From: an uncultured Planctomycetota bacterium | GTDB taxonomy: Bacteria > Planctomycetota > SKW154 | Assembly (NCBI GenBank): GCA_964584815.1 | Contig: CAZPBO010000002.1 | Location: forward strand, 1-47,592 | Reading direction: 5' to 3' | DNA: 47,592 nucleotides | Shown: positions 15,904 to 24,338 of the stretch, in pieces | Layout of the letters: each line of letters starts with the position of its first letter | Numbering within the stretch: the first letter of the stretch is position 1 | Translations under genes and position numbers: made by a program | The notes under the pieces: generated by a model | What the model saw: the letters and a program-made list of their open reading frames with translations, nothing else | The model's database searches: none | Told to the model about the DNA's origin: nothing

Positions 15904-17040
15904 ATGTGGGCTATTGAAGGGGGAGATGTTCTCTTTGAGTGGGGATGGGTAAGGAGGGGGGTTGTTTACATTGACGGTGGCAGGGTGGCGGCGATAGGTG
16001 GTGGCAGGGCGGAGGCTTGTCCTTCTGTTTCAGTTGATGGACTCTTTGTTGTGCCTGGTTTTGTTGATATGCATGTGCACGGTGGTGGTGGGGCATCGGT
16101 TTGGGACGCCACCACCGAGGCGGTTGAGACGCTTCTTAAAAGCCACGCCGCTTATGGAACCACCGCTCTGCTTGTCACGACATATCCTGCAGATGAGAAG
16201 CATCTTGTTGAGCAAGTGGCGGCGGTGAAACAGAGGCGTCCTGAAGGTGGGGCGCAGCCTCTGGGGATTCATCTTGAAGGACCGCATCTGAATGCTGCGC
16301 GAACCAAGGGACTGGCACCTCCCCAACGCCTGCGCCCGCTATCCCCCAACGAACTTTCCCGCCTTGTGAAAGCCGCCTGTGTTCCTATAAGGCTTGTCAC
16401 ACTTGCTCCAGAGATTGAGGGAAGTCTGGAACTGATAAAGGCGGCACGCGCTATCGGTGCCCTCTGTGCCATAAGCCACACAGAAGCGACATACCAGCAG
16501 ACAAAGAAGGCTATTGACGCAGGCTGCACTGACGCGACACATATTTTCAACACATTCGCATTTGCGCCCAACGCCCGCACCCCTACCGCACTTCAAGCCT
16601 GCCTGCTGGACAACCGCGTGCGTGCCCATCTCATCCCAGATATGCTCCATGTCCATCCCGCCTTTGTCCAGTTGCTCCTCAAAGTTAAGGGATGGGAAAA
16701 AACAGCGCTGATAACGGACGCGTTGCGGGAGGCGGCGACGGAGAACGCACCCGAAATTGTGCGTGCAGAAGACGGGCGCATCCTCGGCTCAACTCTAACC
16801 ACATCAAGGGCAGTTGCCTGTATGGTTAAGGGCGCAGGAGTCTCCCTTGAAACAGCCGTCAGGATGGCATCATTTGTTCCCGCCAAAGCGTTGGGGCTCA
16901 AAAAGGGAATCATAAAACCCGGCTGGGACGCCGATATTGTGGTGCTTGACAGAGACTTCTCTGTTAAAATGGTGGTTGTGGGTGGCGTGGTGGTTTCTGC
17001 CCGCGGCGTCTTCGTAGGAGGTGTTCCATCAGAGGTCTGA
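15904..17040 (+). CDS. nagA: N-acetylglucosamine-6-phosphate deacetylase
   Basis: Start at ATG 15904 (GAAGGAG RBS). Motifs VPGFVDMHVHGGGG, GIHLEGPHLN, ISHTEA and THIFNTF match the amidohydrolase NagA family. Confidence 0.88.
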   Translation: MWAIEGGDVLFEWGWVRRGVVYIDGGRVAAIGGGRAEACPSVSVDGLFVVPGFVDMHVHGGGGASVWDATTEAVETLLKSHAAYGTTALLVTTYPADEKHLVEQVAAVKQRRPEGGAQPLGIHLEGPHLNAARTKGLAPPQRLRPLSPNELSRLVKAACVPIRLVTLAPEIEGSLELIKAARAIGALCAISHTEATYQQTKKAIDAGCTDATHIFNTFAFAPNARTPTALQACLLDNRVRAHLIPDMLHVHPAFVQLLLKVKGWEKTALITDALREAATENAPEIVRAEDGRILGSTLTTSRAVACMVKGAGVSLETAVRMASFVPAKALGLKKGIIKPGWDADIVVLDRDFSVKMVVVGGVVVSARGVFVGGVPSEV

Positions 17041-17055
17041 TTGGAGGAGACGCCG

Positions 17056-19377
17056 ATGCGGCATATGCTGCTTGCTGTGCTGGTGCTTGTTTGCGGGGTC
17101 GCTGCTGGGCAGAACACGAAGGGCGTCAGGCTACAAGCCGATTTTCACGCAGAAGGCAGGGCATCTGTTGGGGGTGGTGTCAATTTCAGCCGACTGTGGC
17201 GGCTGACCATTAAGGGAAGCGTTCTTTGCGCCGCCAAGGGTGTGGTCTTCATCCCTGAAGAGATGCGGGTGGAGGCGGTGCGTTACACCTTTGGTAGCCG
17301 TGACTCAACGGTCATCTTTCGCACCCGCCTTGCCCAGGAAGCGCGTTCCTGCGTTCTGGGACCCTGCTGCGTTGTGCGCGGGCGAAGCGGCGCAGCACAT
17401 AAAGCGCTGCTTGTTAAGCGGTTGCCGGGTGGCGGGAATGGCAACACCTATTTTGCCGCTCTGATAGTTGCGGTAATGCTTGCATCAAAGGCGTTGCCCG
17501 ATTCGGGAACACTGACATCAGACGGGGTTAAGGTTTCTTGGAGCAAAACAGGGGAGGGGTTTTCGGTTCGGACGCGCCATCTGACGCTTAAGATTACTCA
17601 AGACAAAGGCGGTATTAGGCTGTCAGGTAGCGGAGAACGCAAAGGCGGACTTGGAAGGGAGAAAGTGAGAGTGCGTGGGGAGATGAGCGTTGGTGGCGGG
17701 GCGGCGGTGGACAAAGGGGTTGACTTTTGGTGGAGTCTTGCGGAGAAGGCGTATAGGGGGAATGAGATAGGCGCGGTGCTTGTAGCGCGCGAAGTGGGTG
17801 TATCGCTTTATGTAAGGCGTGCTGTAGCGAGAATGGTGGCGGGGCTTTGGAAGGGCTGTTATCCGAAAGCATCGCTTAAGGATTACAAGCGCTTCTTCAG
17901 GCTGGGCAAAGGCGCGGCGACGGTGGCGCTTCTTTCCGCCGCCAGACATTGCGGCAAGGATGTTTTTCCGTGGCTTTGCTCGCTGCTCAAGACGGAATAT
18001 GCGCGTGCAGCATCAGCGGCACTGCTTGCGCTCAACCCGCATCAGTTGCGCCCCGAAGTGCTGCTTGAGCGCTTAAAAGAGGCGGAAGGGGTGGTGCGGC
18101 GACGGCTGCTTTATGCGCTGCGGAACTGGGTTCTGGAAGCAGCGGCAGATGGTCCCACCACTCTTCCGGATGGGGTATGGGATACCCTGACGGCAGACCC
18201 CGATATAGGCAAGGGGCTTGCGTTGCTGAAGGTTAGGAATGAGGGGGGCAGGCGGGTTGTGGAGTGGCGTAAAGCAAGATGTGTGGATGCGGTGAAGGCG
18301 GCGCGGGATTCAAAGAGAGCGGTCTGGGTTGACGCTGGGGCAGAAGAGTTGAAGAAGGCGGCGCTTGACGGGCACGGCTTCAGTTGGTATCCGTCGGGAC
18401 TTATGCGGGTTGAGGTGCCGCTGCACAAAGGCAAAACCGAGATGGTGGTCTATGTGCCGCAGAACTACCACAGGGCGATACCGACGGCGGTGGTTCTGGT
18501 GCTGCACGGAGGTGGTGGGAATGCGGAATGGGAAGCGTGGTTGTGGGGAGGGCTGTTTGGGGAGTCGGATGCGGTGCTGGCTTTTCCGTCGGGGCGGGTC
18601 TCCTACTGGTGGGGCGAGGACAGGGACACGGCGCGCGCGGCGCTCCACTGGCTCCTCACCCATATTAACACCAACCCCAGCAAATTGTTCATATGCGGCT
18701 TCTCAAACGGAGGCATAGGCTCGTGGTTTTTTGCACAGGCGGAGATGTGGCGCTGGGCGGCGGCTTTCCCCATGGCGGGACACTGTTTCTATCCCAAAGG
18801 CTACGATTATCTCCTCAATCTTCTGCATATGGCGGTGCGGATATATCACGGTGCCGCCGACAACTACATCCCCCCCAACTACGACCGCGAAGCCTACAAA
18901 CGCCTAAAAAACATGGGCGCGGATGTCACATTGGATATGCCCCAAGGAGTTGGACACACCTGCCAATGGCTGCCCGGCAGAAAGCCCAAGCAGTACGCCG
19001 ATATCCTGAAAGCGATAAAGAGTTTGAGGCGCAGAAAGGTGCCGCTGCAGTTTAAGATTCGCTTTGCGGGCAAGCCGTTTACGCGCCTTTTCTGGGTGGA
19101 GGTGGTTCGCGGCAAAAAGGGCGCCATTATCACCGCAAAATCTGACCCCAACCAGAACAGGATTACCATTGAAACAGAAGGCGGTGTTAGAAAACTTCGC
19201 CTTCATCTTCTGCCGCAAATCGCTCGCTTTGACAAGCCGCTTGAGGTTGTGGCAAACGGCAAAACGGTCTTCAAAGGGAAATTAAGGTTTGACCCCAAAA
19301 AGTGGCTTAAGGACTACGCCGCGATTCTTGACCCCATCTACGCATCAGGCTGCGTTGTGGAGTTTTCACTACCATAG
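17056..19377 (+). CDS. Large secreted protein: unknown N-terminal region with HEAT-like repeats plus C-terminal alpha/beta-hydrolase and beta-tail
   Basis: Start at ATG 17056 (GGAGGA RBS) gives MRHMLLAVLVLVCGVAAGQ. The hydrolase core has VLVLHGGGGN and GFSNGG. The C-terminal 300 aa are homologous to the C-terminus of 2857..4524. Confidence 0.65.
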   Translation: MRHMLLAVLVLVCGVAAGQNTKGVRLQADFHAEGRASVGGGVNFSRLWRLTIKGSVLCAAKGVVFIPEEMRVEAVRYTFGSRDSTVIFRTRLAQEARSCVLGPCCVVRGRSGAAHKALLVKRLPGGGNGNTYFAALIVAVMLASKALPDSGTLTSDGVKVSWSKTGEGFSVRTRHLTLKITQDKGGIRLSGSGERKGGLGREKVRVRGEMSVGGGAAVDKGVDFWWSLAEKAYRGNEIGAVLVAREVGVSLYVRRAVARMVAGLWKGCYPKASLKDYKRFFRLGKGAATVALLSAARHCGKDVFPWLCSLLKTEYARAASAALLALNPHQLRPEVLLERLKEAEGVVRRRLLYALRNWVLEAAADGPTTLPDGVWDTLTADPDIGKGLALLKVRNEGGRRVVEWRKARCVDAVKAARDSKRAVWVDAGAEELKKAALDGHGFSWYPSGLMRVEVPLHKGKTEMVVYVPQNYHRAIPTAVVLVLHGGGGNAEWEAWLWGGLFGESDAVLAFPSGRVSYWWGEDRDTARAALHWLLTHINTNPSKLFICGFSNGGIGSWFFAQAEMWRWAAAFPMAGHCFYPKGYDYLLNLLHMAVRIYHGAADNYIPPNYDREAYKRLKNMGADVTLDMPQGVGHTCQWLPGRKPKQYADILKAIKSLRRRKVPLQFKIRFAGKPFTRLFWVEVVRGKKGAIITAKSDPNQNRITIETEGGVRKLRLHLLPQIARFDKPLEVVANGKTVFKGKLRFDPKKWLKDYAAILDPIYASGCVVEFSLP

Positions 19378-19736
19378 GTCTTCTGGGGTGTCTCAGATAA
19401 GCCAAGCAACCTGCGCAAAACGCGAATGTCCAAACGCCCGTCCTCTGCCCCGTCCAACTTGTCAACCTTTAAGAGCAGCGCTTTTATGTCGCCTTTTCTT
19501 ATGATTCCCTTCTCTTTAAGAAGCGCGATGAGGATAGCCAAAAGCAGGGCGAGTGTGTCAATGTCAAACTCAATGGCGGAGAGGACATTTTTGAGCGCTT
19601 CTTCCCGCTGCAATTGGGACTTTCTGCTGCGCTTTCTGTGCTCACGCAGAGCGGCTCTCATTTTGTCTATTCGGCGCGAACTGCTGCTGTCAACCATCTT
19701 GGAAAACAAGTCCGACCAAAATATGTCGCCCAGCAT
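19338..19736 (-). CDS. Hypothetical protein (132 aa, charged/helical)
   Basis: ORF only, with no recognised motif and a weak RBS. Its 3' end overlaps the preceding convergent gene by 40 nt. Confidence 0.4.
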   Translation of the reverse strand: MLGDIFWSDLFSKMVDSSSSRRIDKMRAALREHRKRSRKSQLQREEALKNVLSAIEFDIDTLALLLAILIALLKEKGIIRKGDIKALLLKVDKLDGAEDGRLDIRVLRRLLGLSETPQKTYGSENSTTQPDA

Positions 19737-19756
19737 AACTTATCTCTCATAAAAAA

Positions 19757-19828
19757 TGGAGGGGATGGGATTCGAACCCACGACCTCCGCATTGCGAGCG
19801 CGGCGCTCTCCCACTGAGCTACCCCCCC
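19757..19828 (-). tRNA. tRNA-Ala (anticodon CGC)
   Basis: The reverse complement GGGGGGGTAGCTCAGTGGGAGAGCGCCGCGCTCGCAATGCGGAGGTCGTGGGTTCGAATCCCATCCCCTCCA folds as a cloverleaf. It has the G3:U70 Ala identity pair and loop CTCGCAA. No encoded CCA. Confidence 0.9.
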
Positions 19829-19840
19829 TCTGTCATAATA

Positions 19841-19869
19841 TATATAGACTGTGTTGAGCAGATGCGCAA
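19841..19869 (-). promoter_or_regulatory. Sigma70-type promoter for tRNA-Ala
   Basis: On the minus strand: TTGCGC (19869-19864), 17-nt spacer, TATATA (19846-19841), 12 nt upstream of the tRNA 5' end. Confidence 0.5.
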
Positions 19870-19928
19870 GTTTTATACGCTTTTGGGCGTTGCGCGGGTA
19901 TGATTTAGGGGCTTTGAGGGAGGCATTG

Positions 19929-20900
19929 ATGGCTCTGGGATACGCACGGGGCAAGATATGCGTTCTTGCGCTGGGTGGCAACTCGCTGATACGGAAAGGT
20001 GAGCGCGGCGATGTTGCGGAGCAGATAAAGAATGCTGAACGGATAACGCGACACATATTCACGCTGGTGACCCACGGTTACAACCTTGTGATAACGCACG
20101 GCAACGGACCGCAGGTGGGGCAGTTGCTGCTGCAGCAGGAGGCGGGCGCTGGGCAGGTGCCACCGATGCCGCTTGATGTGTGCGTTGCTTACTCTGAGGG
20201 TTCAATGGGGTATCTGCTGCAGCAGGCGTTGCTGAACGAGTTGCGGCGTCATCAGATGCGAAATGTTTATGTTGTGACGATGATAACACAGGTTCTTGTG
20301 GACAAAAACGACCCGGCGTTCAAGCATCCGACAAAGCCAGTGGGACCGTTTATGGACAAAAAGTTAGCGGAGGAGATGGCGCGTGTGCGTGGCTGGAGTG
20401 TGATGGAAGATGCGGGTCGGGGTTGGCGACGGGTTGTGCCATCGCCGCGACCGTTGAAGGTGGTGCAGCGCTATATGATACGGGATTTGGCGCGTCAGGG
20501 CAATATCGTGATAGCGCTTGGCGGTGGCGGCATTCCTGTTGTGAAGGACAAAGACGGCGACTATGTCGGCGTTGAGGCAGTCATAGACAAAGACCTCGCC
20601 TCCGCCAACCTCGCAAAAGAAATTCACGCCGACATATTCGCCATTGTGACAGAGGTGCCGAACGCCTGTCTCTGGTTCGGCACAAAAAGGCAGAGACCGC
20701 TCCATAAGGTGAGCCTTCAGGAGTTGCGCCACTACTACAACGACGGGCATTTCCCCCCAGGCTCAATGGGACCGAAGGTGCAGGCGGCGATAGAGTTTCT
20801 GGAGGCAGAGGACGGGCTTGTGATAATAACCGATGCGCGCCATCTACGCCGTGCGCTTGAACTTAAAGACGGCACCCTTATTCGCCGCCACTGGGATTGA
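19929..20900 (+). CDS. arcC: Carbamate kinase
   Basis: Start at ATG 19929 (GAGGGAGG RBS). ALGGNSL, ITHGNGPQVG and IALGGGGIPV motifs are present. No arcA/arcB/arcD nearby. Confidence 0.88.
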   Translation: MALGYARGKICVLALGGNSLIRKGERGDVAEQIKNAERITRHIFTLVTHGYNLVITHGNGPQVGQLLLQQEAGAGQVPPMPLDVCVAYSEGSMGYLLQQALLNELRRHQMRNVYVVTMITQVLVDKNDPAFKHPTKPVGPFMDKKLAEEMARVRGWSVMEDAGRGWRRVVPSPRPLKVVQRYMIRDLARQGNIVIALGGGGIPVVKDKDGDYVGVEAVIDKDLASANLAKEIHADIFAIVTEVPNACLWFGTKRQRPLHKVSLQELRHYYNDGHFPPGSMGPKVQAAIEFLEAEDGLVIITDARHLRRALELKDGTLIRRHWD

Positions 20901-20953
20901 CCTACACCCACACCGCGGATAAAATCTCCCCAAACGCCTTGAGGAAGACCTAT

Positions 20954-23900
20954 ATGGGGTTTGTTCATCTCCATACCCACAGCGAATACTCCCTTCTGGA
21001 CGGCGCCTGCAGAATAGAGGATTTGCTCTCCGCGTGCAGGGAGTATAAGATGCCGGCACTGGCGGTGACCGATCACGGCAATCTCTTCTGTGCGGTCAAC
21101 TTCTATTTTGCCGCAGAAAAAGCGGGTGTGCGCCCCGTCATAGGTTATGAGGCGTATGTCGCGCCTGGGGACAGACGCCAACGCCGCGGCACGCCTCAAG
21201 ACCTAACCCACCTTACCATCCTGGCACGCAACACCACAGGATACAAAAACTTGATGAAACTCGCTACCGCCGCATACCTTGAAGGCTTCTACTATAAACC
21301 GCGCATTGATTATGAACTTCTTGAGCAGCACGCAGAGGGACTGGTAATCCTTTCAGGCTGCACCAAAAGCGACATCGCCCGCAGGTTGCTTGCCGGCGAT
21401 TATGAGGGCGCCGAAAATGTTGCCAAACGCCTGATGGATATGGTGGGACCTGACCACTTCTTTATAGAACTGCAGCGCCACGGACTTGAGGAAGAGGAAG
21501 CCTATATTCGGGAAGCGGTGCTGCTCGCCCGCAAGTTGGGCGCTGGGCTTGTCGCCACAAACGATGTCCACTATGTTAGAAAGGAGGACGCCGAAGCCCA
21601 AGATGTGCTTTTATGCATAAACACAGGCAAATCGTTTGACGACCCCAACCGTATGAGGCTGCCGACACAGGAGTTCTACTTCAAAAGTCCACAGGAGATG
21701 GAGGCGCTGTTTTACGACCTGCCGGAAGCGGTTGAGAACACCATCAAGATAGCGGAGATGTGCCACGCCGAGATAGAAACAGGCACCTACCATCTGCCCC
21801 GCTACCACAGCGAGGACGGCACAGACAACATAACACTGTTTCACCACCTGTGCTTGGAAGGGGCGCGTCGGCGTTACCCCGACTTTGACAGCCGCGACGA
21901 CTTAAAGCAGCGCTTAAAGCACGAGATGGAGACGATACGCAAAATGGGTTTTGTGGGTTACTTTCTTGTGGTGTGGGATTTTGTGCAATTTGCGCGGCGT
22001 AACGGGATACCTGTGGGACCGGGCAGAGGCAGCGCGGCAGGCTCTCTTGTCGCCTACTGCCTTGGCATAACCGATATTGACCCGATGCGTTATGGACTGC
22101 TTTTTGAGCGGTTTCTGAATCCGTCCAGAATATCTATGCCCGATATAGACATTGACTTCTCGCCGGCGGGGCGGGAGCGTGTGATAGAGTATGTGCGACA
22201 GCGTTACGGTGAGGAGAGTGTGGCGCACATAATAACATTTGGGACGCTGCAGTCGCGTGCGGCGGTGCGCGATGTCGGGCGTGTTCTTGAAGTGCCGCTT
22301 CCCCAGGTTGATGCGCTCGCAAAACGCATCCCGCAGGGACTCTCCCTCAAAAAGGCGCTTGAGATGGATGCGGACTTGAAACGCCTTACTGAGGACCCCA
22401 CATACGCCAAACTGTTTGAGATATCAATGCGCCTTGAAGGACTCTGCCGCCACGCATCCACCCACGCCGCGGGTGTCGTCATTGCCGACAAACCGCTCAC
22501 CGAATACTGCCCTCTCCAGAAAATAGACAATACCGTCACCACCCAATACGCGATGGAAGCGGTGGAAAAAATCGGTCTTATGAAGATGGACTTTCTGGGA
22601 CTTGTGACATTGGATGTTATCAGACACTGTTCGGAGTCGCTTAAGCGTGAGGGTATTGAGGTGCGCCTTGATGACTTAGGCGACAAAAAGACCTACGCGC
22701 TTCTGGGACGCGGTGACACAAAAGGCGTTTTCCAACTTGAGTCAGAAGGTATGCGGGCGCTTCTTGCACGCATAAAACCCACCCGCTTTGAAGACCTAAT
22801 AGACATACTGGCGCTTTATCGTCCCGGTCCTCTGGGTTCGGGGATGGTGGAGACCTACATAAAACGGCGCAACGGCGAGGAGGCGGTGGAGTTCCTGCAT
22901 CCTGCGCTTGAGCCGATACTGAAGGAGACGCATGGGGTGATTCTGTATCAAGAGCAGGTGATGCGGATAGCCAATGTTCTCGCGGGTTTTTCAATGGCGG
23001 AAGCAGACCATCTGCGCAAGGCGATGGGCAAAAAACGCGCCGAGATAGTAGCCGAATACCGCGACCGCTTCATAGAAGGCGCTGTCAAGAACGGCGTCTC
23101 GCGCGACATCGCCGAAAAAATCTACGAGCAGATGGCTTATTTTGCAGGATATGGTTTCAACAAAAGCCATTCGGCGGCTTATGCGGTTGTTGCCTACCGC
23201 ACCGCATATCTTAAAGCCAATTTTCCGCTCCACTTTATGGCTGCACTTCTCACAAGCGAAATCGGCAAACAGGAGAAAATAGCAGAATATGTGGTTGACT
23301 GTCGGCAGATGAAGATAAAACTTCTACCACCTGATATAAACAGAAGTTACGCGGACTTTCGCGTTGAGGGTGATGGGGTGCGCTACGGTCTTGCGGCGAT
23401 AAAGGGGGTTGGTGTGAAGGCGGTGGAGGAGATAGTGCGTGCGCGTGATGAAGGGGGTGAGTTCAAGTCGCTTTATGATTTGTGTGAGAGGGTGGATTTG
23501 CGTGCGGTGGGGCGGTCGGTGCTGGAGGCGTTGGTGAAGGCGGGGGCGCTGGATGATTTCGGCAACCGCGCCGCGCTCCTTGAGGCAATCCCTGATGCCA
23601 TTGAACTGGCTCACATCGCCCAGCGCGACGCAAAATGCGGGCAGATGTCACTTTTCGGCGCCGCAACGCAGCAGTCAGAACCACAACTTCCCCGCGTCGC
23701 CCCCCCCTCAAAACTGGAAATGCTCGCTATGGAAAAGGATGTGCTGGGGTTTTATCTCTCAAGCCATCCGCTTGAGCGTTACCAGAAAACTCTGTCGCAT
23801 TACTCAACGGCAACCTGTCGGCAGGTGCGTCAGCAGAGCCAGCACGGCAAACAGGTGACACTTGGCTGCATAATAGAGGAGGTGCAGAGGCGCCGTTCAA

Positions 23901-24334
23901 AACGCGGCGACACCTACTTCATCCTCAAACTGGCGGATTTAACAGGCACCCTTAACGCAACGGTCTTCCCCAAAGCAGCGGCAAGGCACAAAGATACCCT
24001 CCGCAAGGACGCGATTGTCTTTGTTGTTGGTGGCGTTGACACCACACGCGAAGAGCCGTCTCTGATTGTTGAGCAGATAATCCCTATAGGAGAGGCGCCA
24101 AAGAGGCTTCGCGGTAAGGTGGATATTCTCCTTGATGACGCATCTGAGGGGACGCTTGTGGCGCTGCAGGAAGTTTTAAGGCAGAACTCAGGCTCCTGTC
24201 AGGTGCGCCTTGTGATACGCGGAAACGGCAAAACCGTCACCATAAGGCTGCCACTGCAGGAGTTCGGTGTGGCGGCAACCGAGCGCTTTTTCTCCGCACT
24301 CTCCAAAATCGGTGGACTCTCTGTCAGGAGATGA
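20954..24334 (+). CDS. dnaE: DNA polymerase III alpha subunit
   Basis: Start at ATG 20954 gives GFVHLHTHSEYSLLDGA (PHP domain). GPGRGSAAGSLVAYCLGITDIDP and MPDIDIDF palm motifs are present, with a C-terminal OB fold. Confidence 0.97.
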   Translation: MGFVHLHTHSEYSLLDGACRIEDLLSACREYKMPALAVTDHGNLFCAVNFYFAAEKAGVRPVIGYEAYVAPGDRRQRRGTPQDLTHLTILARNTTGYKNLMKLATAAYLEGFYYKPRIDYELLEQHAEGLVILSGCTKSDIARRLLAGDYEGAENVAKRLMDMVGPDHFFIELQRHGLEEEEAYIREAVLLARKLGAGLVATNDVHYVRKEDAEAQDVLLCINTGKSFDDPNRMRLPTQEFYFKSPQEMEALFYDLPEAVENTIKIAEMCHAEIETGTYHLPRYHSEDGTDNITLFHHLCLEGARRRYPDFDSRDDLKQRLKHEMETIRKMGFVGYFLVVWDFVQFARRNGIPVGPGRGSAAGSLVAYCLGITDIDPMRYGLLFERFLNPSRISMPDIDIDFSPAGRERVIEYVRQRYGEESVAHIITFGTLQSRAAVRDVGRVLEVPLPQVDALAKRIPQGLSLKKALEMDADLKRLTEDPTYAKLFEISMRLEGLCRHASTHAAGVVIADKPLTEYCPLQKIDNTVTTQYAMEAVEKIGLMKMDFLGLVTLDVIRHCSESLKREGIEVRLDDLGDKKTYALLGRGDTKGVFQLESEGMRALLARIKPTRFEDLIDILALYRPGPLGSGMVETYIKRRNGEEAVEFLHPALEPILKETHGVILYQEQVMRIANVLAGFSMAEADHLRKAMGKKRAEIVAEYRDRFIEGAVKNGVSRDIAEKIYEQMAYFAGYGFNKSHSAAYAVVAYRTAYLKANFPLHFMAALLTSEIGKQEKIAEYVVDCRQMKIKLLPPDINRSYADFRVEGDGVRYGLAAIKGVGVKAVEEIVRARDEGGEFKSLYDLCERVDLRAVGRSVLEALVKAGALDDFGNRAALLEAIPDAIELAHIAQRDAKCGQMSLFGAATQQSEPQLPRVAPPSKLEMLAMEKDVLGFYLSSHPLERYQKTLSHYSTATCRQVRQQSQHGKQVTLGCIIEEVQRRRSKRGDTYFILKLADLTGTLNATVFPKAAARHKDTLRKDAIVFVVGGVDTTREEPSLIVEQIIPIGEAPKRLRGKVDILLDDASEGTLVALQEVLRQNSGSCQVRLVIRGNGKTVTIRLPLQEFGVAATERFFSALSKIGGLSVRR

Positions 24335-24338
24335 CACA

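Noticed and set aside
19338-19736. Possible MshEN-like half motif (LIALLKEKGIIRKGDIKALLLKV) in the 132-aa ORF
   Set aside because: The spacing between the LL pair and the Gly is off by one, there is no second motif copy, and it looks like a generic amphipathic helix.
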